A DNA stretch of 64,000 bases, taken from positions 448,001 to 512,000 of the forward strand of contig JBGARZ010000001.1 of the NCBI GenBank assembly GCA_044229975.1, given 5' to 3'. This document shows, piece after piece, positions 18,591 through 29,289 of this stretch. The notes under the pieces are model-generated. The model ran no database searches. It saw only the letters and a program-made list of their open reading frames with translations, and was not told the DNA's origin. Every line of letters begins with the position of its first letter. Position 1 is the first letter of the stretch. The position numbers were made by a program, and so were the translations under genes. The DNA comes from Polyangiales bacterium (GTDB lineage Bacteria; Myxococcota_A; Polyangia; Polyangiales; Ga0077539).

Positions 18591-19982
18591 CTACAGCAGG
18601 ATGCGCACGGGGTTTTCGACGAGGCCACGCAGCGCCAGCAGCCACTTCGCGCCGAGGGCTCCGTCGACCACGCGGTGGTCGCACGACAGCGTGACCGCGC
18701 AGCGCTTGCCCGGCACCACCGCCCCGCCCTTCACCACCGGCACGTCGCGCACCGCGCCCACCGCGAGGATCATGCTCTCTGGCGGATTGATCACCGCCGC
18801 GAAGCGGTCGATCTGGAACATCCCGAGGTTGGACAGCGAGAACGTTCCGCCGGTCATCTCTTCGGGCGTCAGCTTGCGGGCGCGGGCCTTGGCGACGAGC
18901 TCCTTGGTGGCCTTCGCGATGGCCCCGAGGGAGAGCTTGTCAGCATCGCGCAGCACCGGCGTGAGGAGCCCGTCCTCGATGCTCACGGCCACCGAGACGT
19001 CGGCGCGGTCGTACTGCACGATCTGCCCGTCGACCCACGACGAGTTGGCCTCGGGCACCGCGCGCAGCGCCAGCGCGCACGCTCGCAGGAGCAGGTCGTT
19101 GACGGACACCTTGGTCTCCGGCGTCGCCCCCTGGTTGGCCTGCTCGCGCAGCGCCACGAGCGCCTCCACGTCCAGGTCGGCCTCCAGGTAGAAGTGCGGA
19201 ACCGTCTGCTTGGACTCCACCAGCCGCCGCGCGATGACCTTGCGCATCGACGACGCCGCCCGCGCCTTGTCGCCGGGCTTGAGCGCCAATGGCTTCGGCG
19301 CGCCGCGCGTCGCGAGGTCACCCTCCGTCACGCGACCGTGTTCACCCGAGCCGGGCACCGAGCCGAGGTCGACCGAGCGCTCCCTCGCGATGCGCCGAAC
19401 GCGCGGCGTGCTCGGCGTCAGGATCGCTCCCGCCACCCCGCGCTCGCCCTTCACCGCCGAGGCACCCGGGCCGTCGGCCGCGCGCACGGACGGCGGTCGC
19501 GTGGGCTTCTCGCTCCTGGGCACCACGGCCTCGATCTCGGCCCCCGTCGGCGCCACGGTCACCGCGGCAGAGCGCGCCGCGTCGGCGTCCAGCTTCGTGG
19601 GCTCGTCGGGTTCTGCCGGAGCTTCGGTCTTCGCCGCGGTCTCCGTCCTGGCGGGCGCCGCGGTTTCCGCCTTCGCGGGCACCGCAGTGTCCGCCTTCGC
19701 GGGCGCTACGCCCAGCTTCGCGAGCACGGCGCTGATGTCCTCGCCGGGCTCACCGAAGATCGCCACGGGCTGACCCAGCTTCGCGACGGCGCCCTCCTCG
19801 ACGAGGCGCTTGAGCAGCGTGCCCTTGTCGAAGCTGCGAAACTCCATGGTCGCCTTGTCGGTCTCGACTTCGGCCAGCAGGTCGTCGACGCCGACCGCGT
19901 CGCCCTCCTTGCGCGACCAGCGCACGAGCGTTCCCTCCTCCATGGTCGGGGAGAGCTTGGGGAGTTCGATGATCTTCGCCAC
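18591..19982 (-). CDS. pdhC: pyruvate dehydrogenase E2 (dihydrolipoamide acetyltransferase)
   Basis: Lipoyl motif EVETDKATME, E3-binding domain, catalytic DHRVVDG. Confidence 0.93.
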   Translation of the reverse strand: MAKIIELPKLSPTMEEGTLVRWSRKEGDAVGVDDLLAEVETDKATMEFRSFDKGTLLKRLVEEGAVAKLGQPVAIFGEPGEDISAVLAKLGVAPAKADTAVPAKAETAAPARTETAAKTEAPAEPDEPTKLDADAARSAAVTVAPTGAEIEAVVPRSEKPTRPPSVRAADGPGASAVKGERGVAGAILTPSTPRVRRIARERSVDLGSVPGSGEHGRVTEGDLATRGAPKPLALKPGDKARAASSMRKVIARRLVESKQTVPHFYLEADLDVEALVALREQANQGATPETKVSVNDLLLRACALALRAVPEANSSWVDGQIVQYDRADVSVAVSIEDGLLTPVLRDADKLSLGAIAKATKELVAKARARKLTPEEMTGGTFSLSNLGMFQIDRFAAVINPPESMILAVGAVRDVPVVKGGAVVPGKRCAVTLSCDHRVVDGALGAKWLLALRGLVENPVRILL

Positions 19983-19997
19983 GGTGGACTCCTGCGC

Positions 19998-20967
19998 TTA
20001 CCAGGCGAGCACCGCGCGCACGCCGCGCACGACGGTGTCCACCGACGGAATGGTCAACTCTTCGAGGTGCTTGTTGTAGGGCATCGATGCGTCGCGCCCG
20101 GTGACCCGCAGCACGGGGCCCTTGAGCGCGCCGAAGGCTTCGCGCTGGATGCGGTCGACCACCTCGGCGCCAACACCGCCGTACGGCCACGCCTCCTGCA
20201 CCACCAGCGCGCGACCGGTCTGCTCCACGCTCGCGATGACGGGACCCATGTCCAGCGGACGCAAGCTACGCAGGTCGACGACCGCGCACTCGACGCCCTC
20301 CTTCGCGAGCTGCTCGCACGCCGGCAGCACCATGTGGAGCATCTTCCCCCATGTCACGATGGTCACCGCGTCGCCGTCGCGCCGCTTCTCGCTCACGCCG
20401 ATGGGCACGAGGTGGTCGCCGTCGGGCACTTCCCCCTTGATGCCGTAGAGCCGCTCGTCTTCGAGGATGAGCACCGGGTTGTCGTCGCGGATGGCGCTCT
20501 TCAGGAGCCCCTTCGCGTCGGCCACGGTCGCGGGCGCCACCACCTTCAGCCCCGGGATGTGCGTGTAGAAGGCCTCGAAGCACTGCGAGTGCTGCGCCCC
20601 GGTCTGTCGCGCGGCGCCGTTGGGCCCGCGGAAGACGATGGGGCACCCGAACTGCCCGCCGGACATCTGCCGGATCTTCGCCGCGTGGTTGAGGATCTGA
20701 TCGAAGGCGACGGCGGAGAAGTTCCAGGTCATGAACTCGATGATGGGTCGCAGGCCCATCATGGCGGCGCCGACGCCCACGCCCGCGAAGCCCTCTTCGG
20801 TGATGGGGGTGTCCACCACGCGACGCGTGCCGAAGCGCTCCAGCAAGCCCTCGGTGACCTTGTACGCGCCCTGGTAGTACCCGACCTCCTCGCCCATCAG
20901 GAACACGCGCTCGTCGCGCTCCATCTCCTCGGCGATGGCCTCTCGCAGGGCCTCTCGGTAGCGCAGT

Positions 20968-20975
<8 letters not shown>
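19998..20975 (-). CDS. pdhB: pyruvate dehydrogenase E1 beta
   Basis: DTPITE.GF.G, EFMT.NF, GAQHSQ. Confidence 0.95.
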
Positions 20976-21930
<955 letters not shown>

Positions 21931-22055
21931 CGTTCCCCTTCCGGAGGGAGGCAGCGCGCCTTTGGGCGGACCACACGGCCCGCCCGGCGGTCGCGAGCAT
22001 AGGGAAAGCGATGATGGTTGGGAAGGCGTCGCTTCGTGCGGCGACGCCGTGAGGA

Positions 22056-23168
22056 TCAGAACATGCCGAAGCGGCCGCGCGGGCTCTCGTTGCGCGTGCG
22101 GATCACGCCACCGCCGCCCTGGCTGCGACCCGAGGCGAGCTCGTAGATCTTGTCGAGAGAGAACACGGTCTGGAGGTAGAAGCGCGTGTCCTGGTTGGGG
22201 GCGTACAGCGGGTTGCCGTAGGTGCCGTCCGCATCGAGGATGTTGCGGAACACCTGGTAGCCGACTTCGGCCGTGAACCAGGGGGTGACGATCCAGTCGA
22301 CCCACGCGGCGAAGATGGTGTTGTTGCGCACCGACGTCGGGTTGTTGCTCATGAGGCCGGAGCCCGCCGAGCCCGTGTACGGGAAGATGTGCTGCATCGA
22401 GAAGAAGACGCCGGGCGAGATGTGCTCCCAGCTCTGGGCCAGGATGAGCGCCCACGAGACCGTGTTGGCCGGGTTGAAGAGCCCCGAGAGCTGGTCGGAG
22501 CACGAGCCGCCGCCGGCCGAGCCGTAACACTGCCCGCGGTACGGAGTGGGGGTGCGGATGCCGGGCGTGGTGTTTTCGTAGAGCGGGTGCGTGAACGTGC
22601 CGTTGGCGATGATGTCGAGCTCGCCGCCGAGCACGTGCTCGATGCCGTACGCGGCCTGCACCACGACGCCCGGGGTGACGATCATCGTGCGGGCGCGCGA
22701 CTCGACGGACACCGGGAAGACGAGGCGCGGGGCGACCCAGAACTTCACCGCGCCGCCCACCGGGGGAATGCCGGTGATCCAGAGGTCGAGGTTCATGTCG
22801 CCGAAGCGCGGCTCGTTAAGCGTCGTGGTGTTGTCGGCGTTGGTGAACTCGTAGCTGAACGCGATGCCCGCGCGGAGCTGGAGCATGCGGTTGAAGGTCC
22901 AGCGCGGGCGGAGCGCGAGGGACATGTCGACCGTGCGGTTGGGCGTGAGCGTGATGCTCGGGTCGATGACCGAGAGCGACATGCCGACGGTGGCGAGGAG
23001 CTGCGTCTGACGCCACGGGAGCGGTGCCGGGCGAGCGGCCGCGGGCGCCGCGGCAGTGGCGGGAGCAGCAGCGGCGGGGGCCGGCGTGGTGGTCTGCGCG
23101 GCGGCGGCGGTCGTCGCCGACAAGCCCGCGAGCAGCGCGGCGGCCTGAACCATCTTCCTCATCGACAT
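22056..23168 (-). CDS. putative outer-membrane beta-barrel protein
   Basis: Signal peptide, Ala/Pro linker, amphipathic beta-strand pattern. Confidence 0.65.
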   Translation of the reverse strand: MSMRKMVQAAALLAGLSATTAAAAQTTTPAPAAAAPATAAAPAAARPAPLPWRQTQLLATVGMSLSVIDPSITLTPNRTVDMSLALRPRWTFNRMLQLRAGIAFSYEFTNADNTTTLNEPRFGDMNLDLWITGIPPVGGAVKFWVAPRLVFPVSVESRARTMIVTPGVVVQAAYGIEHVLGGELDIIANGTFTHPLYENTTPGIRTPTPYRGQCYGSAGGGSCSDQLSGLFNPANTVSWALILAQSWEHISPGVFFSMQHIFPYTGSAGSGLMSNNPTSVRNNTIFAAWVDWIVTPWFTAEVGYQVFRNILDADGTYGNPLYAPNQDTRFYLQTVFSLDKIYELASGRSQGGGGVIRTRNESPRGRFGMF

Positions 23169-23393
23169 CGGTCGGGCTCTCCACTGGGGCGACCGCTAGA
23201 GGGTCACCGGAACATTGAGGGTTGCGGACATCACCCGTCCGTGACCGCCTTGTCAACAGCGCTCACCAACGTTGAGAGCTGGTGTGTTCAAGAAACAGAC
23301 CGGACTGATTGTGCCGCGCGTCGACGGCCTTGGGCGCACGCCGTCAGCAAGCTAACGGTCGACCGCTAGTACCGCCGGGCCGCGAGGCCCTCA

Positions 23394-23415
23394 CGAATAC
23401 CCTGGCGGGTATTCG
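23394..23415. terminator. hairpin after the minus-strand exbB-exbD-exbD-small ORF operon
   Basis: Perfect 9-bp inverted repeat CGAATACCC-TGGC-GGGTATTCG, 3 nt past a stop codon; no U tract. Confidence 0.45.
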
Positions 23416-23418
23416 GAG

Positions 23419-23526
23419 TCAGCCGTCGCCGCCGCGGTCGTTGGGCGGGATCTTGTTGCCGAGATAGAAGAGCCCCCCGACGAGGAGGACCACGACGAGG
23501 AGGGCGAGCAGCTTGGGCCAGAGCAT
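23419..23526 (-). CDS. 35-aa single-TM small protein (not in ORF track)
   Basis: MLWPKLLALLVVVLLVGGLFYLGNKIPPNDRGGDG*; strong GC3 codon bias; sits between exbD and the hairpin. Confidence 0.6.
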   Translation of the reverse strand: MLWPKLLALLVVVLLVGGLFYLGNKIPPNDRGGDG

Positions 23527-23570
23527 GGTGTTGTGTCGGGGGGTGAGACGACGGCGCGAGCGGCGGGCGC

Positions 23571-24155
23571 TCAGCCGTTGGTGCGGGCCTTCAGGACGAG
23601 GAGCTGGAAGCCCGCGAAGCCCGACTGACCGCAGGTGTAGAGCACCTGGAAGATGGTGCGCGAGGGGATGCCCTGGTCGGCGATGATGGCGATCTCACCG
23701 CGGAAGGGCTGGCCCGCGCGCTCGGCGACGGTGCGCGCGAGCTGCACCTGGTCACGCATGGACTCGGCGAGCGGGTTGATCATCAGGCCGGTGCCGCCGC
23801 CGCGGATGAGCGACGGGTCGACCTGACCGTTGCGGAGCGAGGCGAGCACGTGACCGTTCACGGTGATGGACACGCGCGACACGATGACCTGGAGCGCCTG
23901 CGACGGAGAGGTGGAGACCGTGGAGTGCGGCAGCCGGAGGTCGTCGCTCTGCGGCACGTTGGCCGGCGACGACGACAGCGACTTGAGGAGAAACACCAGG
24001 ATGATGGTCATCATGTCCATCATCGCGACGATGTTGAGCTCCTCGGCCGTGTGCTCGACGCGGCGCGAGCGGGTCTTGCGCGCGATCTCGCGCTTGACGT
24101 GGAGGGCGCTGGCCTTGTGCGGAGCTGCTGCGGTGGCGGCGGGCTTGTCGCTCAT
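23571..24155 (-). CDS. ExbD/TolR family protein
   Basis: ELNIVAMMDMMTIILVFLL with the TM Asp; IIAD..IP. Confidence 0.9.
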   Translation of the reverse strand: MSDKPAATAAAPHKASALHVKREIARKTRSRRVEHTAEELNIVAMMDMMTIILVFLLKSLSSSPANVPQSDDLRLPHSTVSTSPSQALQVIVSRVSITVNGHVLASLRNGQVDPSLIRGGGTGLMINPLAESMRDQVQLARTVAERAGQPFRGEIAIIADQGIPSRTIFQVLYTCGQSGFAGFQLLVLKARTNG

Positions 24156-24157
24156 GG

Positions 24158-24787
24158 TCAGTTCCTCAAGATGCCGAGGGTGACCTCGGGGAAGAGGCAG
24201 TCGGCGTTGGTGTAGACGCCGGCCTGGTTGTTCTCCGGGAGGCGGCACGCGCCGGGGCGGGACTCGCGCACGGCGTCGATGGTCTTCACCAGCACGACGT
24301 ACGGGATGTCGCCGTTGGGCGAGACGTTGATGGTGTGGTCGTCGGCCACCTCGGTCGCCCACTGCTGCCGGATCGCCTGCATGCACTGGGTGAGGCCGGC
24401 GAAGTCCTGGAGCGCGCCGTCGGAGTCGGGCGTCGAGCGATTGGGCACCGTGGTCGTCGCCGCGCCCACGACGCGGCAGCCGGGCGAGAGGAAGCCGCCG
24501 CCGGCGCCGACGATGTAGCCGGCGGGGGTGACCTTCACGGTGATGTTGAGGCGCGGGTGCGTGTCGGGCGCCGCGTTGGTGCGCGGCCCGCTCGTGGGCG
24601 CCGGCACCGGGATGGTCGCCGTAAACACCGTCGCGATGCTCGCCAGGATGAACATCAGGACGTTCATGATGATGTCGAGGAACGGGATGATGTTGAGCTC
24701 GCCGTCGCCGTCCTCCGGCCCATGGTGCTTGGGCTTGGACTTGCGGCCGATGATGGCCCGCTGCGCCGCCGTGAACTTACCGCTCAT
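24158..24787 (-). CDS. ExbD/TolR family protein
   Basis: ELNIIPFLDIIMNVLMF; PY..LV..ID. Confidence 0.9.
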   Translation of the reverse strand: MSGKFTAAQRAIIGRKSKPKHHGPEDGDGELNIIPFLDIIMNVLMFILASIATVFTATIPVPAPTSGPRTNAAPDTHPRLNITVKVTPAGYIVGAGGGFLSPGCRVVGAATTTVPNRSTPDSDGALQDFAGLTQCMQAIRQQWATEVADDHTINVSPNGDIPYVVLVKTIDAVRESRPGACRLPENNQAGVYTNADCLFPEVTLGILRN

Positions 24788-24793
24788 CGGACG

Positions 24794-25495
24794 TCAGGCC
24801 TGCGTGCGGCCGGTCGTGAGCAGGTTGGTGAGCTTCGACGAGGTGAGCTCGATGTCGGCGAGGATCTTCTTCGCCTGACCGTTGATGAGCATGTGCGCGA
24901 CCATGCAGGTCACCGCGATGCCGAGGCCGAGGGCGGTGTTGTTCATGGCTTCAGAGATGCCGCGGGCGAGGAGCTGCTGACGGCGGCCGGGGTCGGCCAC
25001 GCGGTCGAGCGCGCTGAAGGTGTGGATGAGCCCGAGGATGGTGCCGAGCAGACCGAAGAGCGTCGCGATGTTGGCAAGCGACCAGAGCGCGCCGATGCGC
25101 TTCTGCACCTGGGGCTCGATGTCCATCACCTGCTCTTCGATGGCGACGACCACCGCCTCTTCGCCGCGGTTGACCTGCATGAGCCCGGCGCGAAACACGC
25201 GGAGGATGGGCACGTCGTCGGCTTCGCAAAGCTTGATCGCGCGGTCGATGTTGTTCGCCTGCACGAGCTTGCGCACCTGGGCCAGCAGCTCCTTGCTGTT
25301 CACCCGAAACTTCGACAGCAGGAAGATCACCCGCTCCGTGATCGTGGCGAGCACCACGATGGAGATGAAGATGTTCACGAAGAAGGGCCACCCCAGCTTC
25401 TCGTAGAGCCCCGCGAGGCCCACCGCTTCTCCAGCGGCGTGATCGCCGCCTGCCTGCTGAGCCATCAGTAGCAACTGCACCAGCGCCGATTGCAT
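24794..25495 (-). CDS. MotA/TolQ/ExbB proton channel protein
   Basis: ATLFGLLGTI.GLI..F, LARGISEAMNNTALGL. Confidence 0.92.
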   Translation of the reverse strand: MQSALVQLLLMAQQAGGDHAAGEAVGLAGLYEKLGWPFFVNIFISIVVLATITERVIFLLSKFRVNSKELLAQVRKLVQANNIDRAIKLCEADDVPILRVFRAGLMQVNRGEEAVVVAIEEQVMDIEPQVQKRIGALWSLANIATLFGLLGTILGLIHTFSALDRVADPGRRQQLLARGISEAMNNTALGLGIAVTCMVAHMLINGQAKKILADIELTSSKLTNLLTTGRTQA

Positions 25496-25687
25496 CGTCC
25501 TCTACGCTCCTCTGCTCCGTCCTACGAGCCGCTGTCTGTCTGCGGGCGACGTCGATGGGAAGCACCGTTGTCTCGACGTCATCGTCGCAACGCCCCTCAT
25601 CATCGACACCTTCGGCCGTGGCCTACAGAACCGGGTGTTCAGGAGCAATGGCCCTCGACCCGTGTTGCCCGCAAAGCAACGCGGCGG

Positions 25688-25717
25688 ACCGTAGCCTCAC
25701 GCCAAGAGGGATGTCAA
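25688..25717 (-). promoter_or_regulatory. putative sigma70 promoter of the leftward motor operon
   Basis: TTGACA-18 nt-TACGGT on the minus strand. Confidence 0.5.
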
Positions 25718-25842
25718 CGACTCAAGCGCTCGCGCAGGGGGTCGGAACTTCCCATCGGGCGCGGTGTCCAAGCGCGACATGGGACCTGCCGACCACAGCC
25801 CATCGCTTCGGTCCGATGGTCACGCGGGCGTGGTCCGAACCG

Positions 25843-25870
25843 TTGACACCAGTAGACCCCCCGGTATCAT
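25843..25870 (+). promoter_or_regulatory. putative sigma70 promoter of the rightward motor operon
   Basis: TTGACA-16 nt-TATCAT. Confidence 0.55.
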
Positions 25871-26052
25871 CGCGACCCTTCGCGGAGGAGCGATTCTCGC
25901 ACCGACGCGAAATCATGTGGCACATGACTCGACCGGTCGTGTAGACACGCTCCGCACGACCGACCATGTCGGTTCACCGGATACAACCCCACCGCCGTCC
26001 CTGACCACCGAAGCAGGCACCCGGCATTCAACGTTCTGAGGAGGATTCTGCG

Positions 26053-26733
26053 ATGTTGCAAAGTCTGGGTACGCACTTCAAGGAAGGCGGCTGGGGCATG
26101 TGGCCGATCGTCTTCTGGGCGGTCTTCGTCATTGCCATCAGCGTCGAGCGATCGATGTACCTGTTCAAGTCGTCCATCAACAAGGACGCCTTCCTGTCCA
26201 ACATCCAGAAGTGCATCCTCGCGGGTGACGTCGGCCGCGCCATCAAGCTCTGCTCCAGCGCGCAGGCCCCCCTCGCTCGCATCGTCAAGGCCGGCCTGAT
26301 GAAGGTGAACCGCCCCGACGGCGAGGTGCAGGCCGCGATGGATGAGTCGGCCCTCCGCGAGCTGCCGAAGATCGAACACCGCACCGCGTACCTCGCGCTG
26401 CTCTCCAACCTCGCGATGCTCTCCGGCCTCCTCGGCACCATCACCGGCCTCATCGCGGCGTTCGGCGCCGTCGGTGGTCACAGCGGCGAAGGCGGCCCGA
26501 CGATCGACCCGGCCCGCAAGGCCGAGCTCCTCGCCGGCGGCATCTCCGAGGCGATGAACTGCACCGCGTTCGGTCTGATGATCGCCATCCTCGGCCTCAT
26601 CGCCTTCGCGCTCCTCAACGGCAAGACCCAGCAGATCGTCGACGACATCAACGAGTCCACCGTCCAGGTGCTCAACCTCGTGGTGAACAACCGCTCGAAG
26701 ATCAACGTGGGCTCCGGCCAGCAGGCCGCCTGA
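26053..26733 (+). CDS. aglR: MotA/TolQ/ExbB family, AglR-like gliding motor subunit
   Basis: GLLGTITGLI..F, GISEAMNCTAFGL; followed by two TolR-like genes as in Myxococcus aglRQS; SD GAGGA. Family is secure, symbol is tentative. Confidence 0.75.
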   Translation: MLQSLGTHFKEGGWGMWPIVFWAVFVIAISVERSMYLFKSSINKDAFLSNIQKCILAGDVGRAIKLCSSAQAPLARIVKAGLMKVNRPDGEVQAAMDESALRELPKIEHRTAYLALLSNLAMLSGLLGTITGLIAAFGAVGGHSGEGGPTIDPARKAELLAGGISEAMNCTAFGLMIAILGLIAFALLNGKTQQIVDDINESTVQVLNLVVNNRSKINVGSGQQAA

Positions 26734-26768
26734 TCCTCCTCCACGGCCGACCGCAAGGAACGTAGACC

Positions 26769-27242
26769 ATGGGTGGCGTATCAGTCGATTCCGGCGGGAA
26801 GGGCGGCAAGAAGTCCGTCGACTCGCAGGTCAACATGGTCCCGATGATCGACCTGTTGATCTGCTGCATCGCGTTCCTCCTGATGACCGCGGTGTGGGTG
26901 CAGACCGGGGCGGTGCAGGCGAGCCAGCCTCGCGCGGCGCCGTCCCCCGACACGCCCCCCAACCCGGAGCAGCAGGACCAGCTCAAGATCCAGATCTCTC
27001 CGACGGGTCTCTCGGTCGGTGTCAACGCCGCGGACATGCGCCCCATCGGTCGCACGCCGCAGCGCTTCACCGAGTTGAAGACCATGTTGCAGGCCCGCCG
27101 TCAGGCCAACCAGCAGAACCGCGAGGTCTGGCTGCAGCCTGACGGGGCCGTCGACTACCAGGAGATCATCCGCGTCATGGACGTCGTCTACGAGGTCTAC
27201 GGCCACGCGGCTCGCAACGAAGTCACCATCCGCTTCCTCTGA
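26769..27242 (+). CDS. aglQ: ExbD/TolR family, AglQ-like
   Basis: VNMVPMIDLLICCIAFLLMTAVW; symbol is tentative. Confidence 0.7.
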   Translation: MGGVSVDSGGKGGKKSVDSQVNMVPMIDLLICCIAFLLMTAVWVQTGAVQASQPRAAPSPDTPPNPEQQDQLKIQISPTGLSVGVNAADMRPIGRTPQRFTELKTMLQARRQANQQNREVWLQPDGAVDYQEIIRVMDVVYEVYGHAARNEVTIRFL

Positions 27243-27253
27243 AGGAATGACCG

Positions 27254-27799
27254 ATGCCAGTCTCCCAGCCAGGTAAGCGCCTCCTCCACCACATCCCGCT
27301 GAGGTTCGTGCAGAAGCGCGTCTCGGGCGGCGGCCACAAGGCCGTCACCGCGGACCTCAACCTCACCTCGATGATCGACTTCCTCGTCATCACCGTGGTG
27401 TTCCTCCTGTCGCAGTTCGGGTCGCAGCAGCAGGTGCAGTCCAGCGCCGGGCTCGAGATCCCCGAGATCCACAACGTCGACGCGCTCGCGAGCGCCCCCA
27501 TCGTCTCGATCTCGCAGCAGGCGATCATGATGGACGGCGAGCGCATCGTCTCGAACCCGTCGACTTTGGCGGGTTCCAACGACCGCATCGACCGCCTCTT
27601 CGAGCGCCTGGAGCAGGCCCATCGCCAGTTTCCGGTGCTGCACCCCGACCGGCAGTTCGAGGGAGACATCGTCTTCCAGATCGACCGTCGCATCCACTGG
27701 GACGTCGTGAAGTCCGTCGCCCGCACCTGCGCCGCCGCGGGCTACGTGCGGCTCAACTTCGCCGTCACCCAGGGCAACGCCAACGCCCCCGTGGAGTGA
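27254..27799 (+). CDS. aglS: ExbD/TolR family, AglS-like
   Basis: PGKRL basic N-terminus, ADLNLTSMIDFLVITVVFLL, C-terminal GY...NFAV; symbol is tentative. Confidence 0.7.
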   Translation: MPVSQPGKRLLHHIPLRFVQKRVSGGGHKAVTADLNLTSMIDFLVITVVFLLSQFGSQQQVQSSAGLEIPEIHNVDALASAPIVSISQQAIMMDGERIVSNPSTLAGSNDRIDRLFERLEQAHRQFPVLHPDRQFEGDIVFQIDRRIHWDVVKSVARTCAAAGYVRLNFAVTQGNANAPVE

Positions 27800-27817
27800 G
27801 TCCGCGGACCCTCCCCG

Positions 27818-28780
27818 ATGCCCTCCTCCCATGATCCCCCGGATGACGAGCCCCGCAGCTCACACCGGGGGATGATCCCGCGCGAAGACCTCCCCTTCCT
27901 CCCCCAAATCAAGTGGCGCTTCTGGGTGCCGGTGCTCGCGATCCTCGTCGCGTTCCCGCTGCTGTGGGGCATCAAGCGCGACCGCGAGGCGCAGCGCCGA
28001 CGCGAGCAGCTCCTGCGCGAGCACGCCTCGCTCACCGCCAGCCTCGGCCCCGACTATCGCTCCCTGCGGCGCTTCATCGACACCTCCGTCGTGGAGGCCG
28101 TCGGCCCCTACGCGGGTGACCTCCGCGACCCCGCGCTCACGATGGAAGACCTCGCCCGCGCGCCCGCCCTCTACGGCCGCGTGCGCGTCCACGAGGTGCG
28201 TCGCCCCGAGGACGTCGCCGCGTCGGTGCGCCACCGCTACCCCGACCAGCTCATGTCGTGCCTCGGCGTCGAGCCGGTGGCCGCGAGAGAGCTCCTGGAC
28301 AAGGGTGCCTTTCTGCTCCCGTCCTTCGTCGACGCCGTGCGCGCCGCGCCCTCCTCCGAGCGCCTGCACGCCCTCCGCGAAGACCTCATCTTCCGCCTCC
28401 GCCGCGACACCGGCTTCCTCGTCGGGGCCATGCGCCACCGCTACCTCGTGCTCGCCGTGGACGAGGCGCGCGCCTCCGTCGACGGGCCCACGCGGGTCTT
28501 CGTGTACGACCTCTCCGCCCGGCGCGTCGTGCTGCGGGCGCGCGGCGCGGGCACCGACGTGCGGGTGATTCCGTTTCAGATCGCGGGCCTCCCCTCGGCG
28601 CCTCCGCGGGCGCGCGCGCCGCTGTCGGGCGAGTCGGTGAGCAGCCACGACTGCTCCATCGCCAACGACGTCCGTCGCGGCCTCGGCATCGAGCCCATGG
28701 GCATGCTCAACGTCCCCGCCGCCCCGTCGCCCGCGGCCACCGACGGCGGCATTCCGGCGGCGGTCGACGCCCGTCCTTGA
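27818..28780 (+). CDS. hypothetical bitopic membrane protein
   Basis: One N-terminal TM, strong codon bias; start uncertain. Confidence 0.7.
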   Translation: MPSSHDPPDDEPRSSHRGMIPREDLPFLPQIKWRFWVPVLAILVAFPLLWGIKRDREAQRRREQLLREHASLTASLGPDYRSLRRFIDTSVVEAVGPYAGDLRDPALTMEDLARAPALYGRVRVHEVRRPEDVAASVRHRYPDQLMSCLGVEPVAARELLDKGAFLLPSFVDAVRAAPSSERLHALREDLIFRLRRDTGFLVGAMRHRYLVLAVDEARASVDGPTRVFVYDLSARRVVLRARGAGTDVRVIPFQIAGLPSAPPRARAPLSGESVSSHDCSIANDVRRGLGIEPMGMLNVPAAPSPAATDGGIPAAVDARP

Positions 28781-28811
28781 CGACCCGCCGCACCTCGACG
28801 ACGTTTCCGCC

Positions 28812-29288
28812 GTGGTGACCCCTCCGGATGTCGAGTCCCTGCGATCGCGCCTGCGCGAGCACGTCGTCCGCAACAAGCTGAAGAGCTCGACGCGACGCGA
28901 GCTCATCCTGGAGACGCTGGCCACCATCGGGCGGCATGTCACCGCGGAAGAGCTGCTGCGCGACGTCCGCGTGCGCGACCCGCGCATCGGCGCGGCGACG
29001 GTGTACCGCACGCTGCGGGTGCTCCAGGACAGCGGCATCGTGGCCGAGCGGCACTTCGAGGGCGGCGCGTCGCGCTTCGAGCTGCTCGGCGACGACCACC
29101 ACGATCACCTCATCTGTACGGTTTGCGGCACCATCGTGGAGTTCGAGGACGAGGTCATCGAGCTGGAGCAGAAGCGCGTCGCCGTGGCCTACGGCTACGA
29201 GCTGGTCATGCACCGACACGAGCTCTACGGCATCTGCCCCAAGTGCCGCGCCAACAACGCCACGTCGCACCCGATGCGGCGGATGTAG
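28812..29288 (+). CDS. fur: Fur family transcriptional regulator
   Basis: ATVYRTL, HHDHLIC..CG.I.EF, YGIC..C. Confidence 0.9.
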   Translation: MVTPPDVESLRSRLREHVVRNKLKSSTRRELILETLATIGRHVTAEELLRDVRVRDPRIGAATVYRTLRVLQDSGIVAERHFEGGASRFELLGDDHHDHLICTVCGTIVEFEDEVIELEQKRVAVAYGYELVMHRHELYGICPKCRANNATSHPMRRM

Positions 29289-29289
29289 C

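Noticed and set aside
25918..25933. TGGCAC as a sigma54 promoter
   Set aside because: No TTGC at the -12 position; better explained as part of the palindrome.
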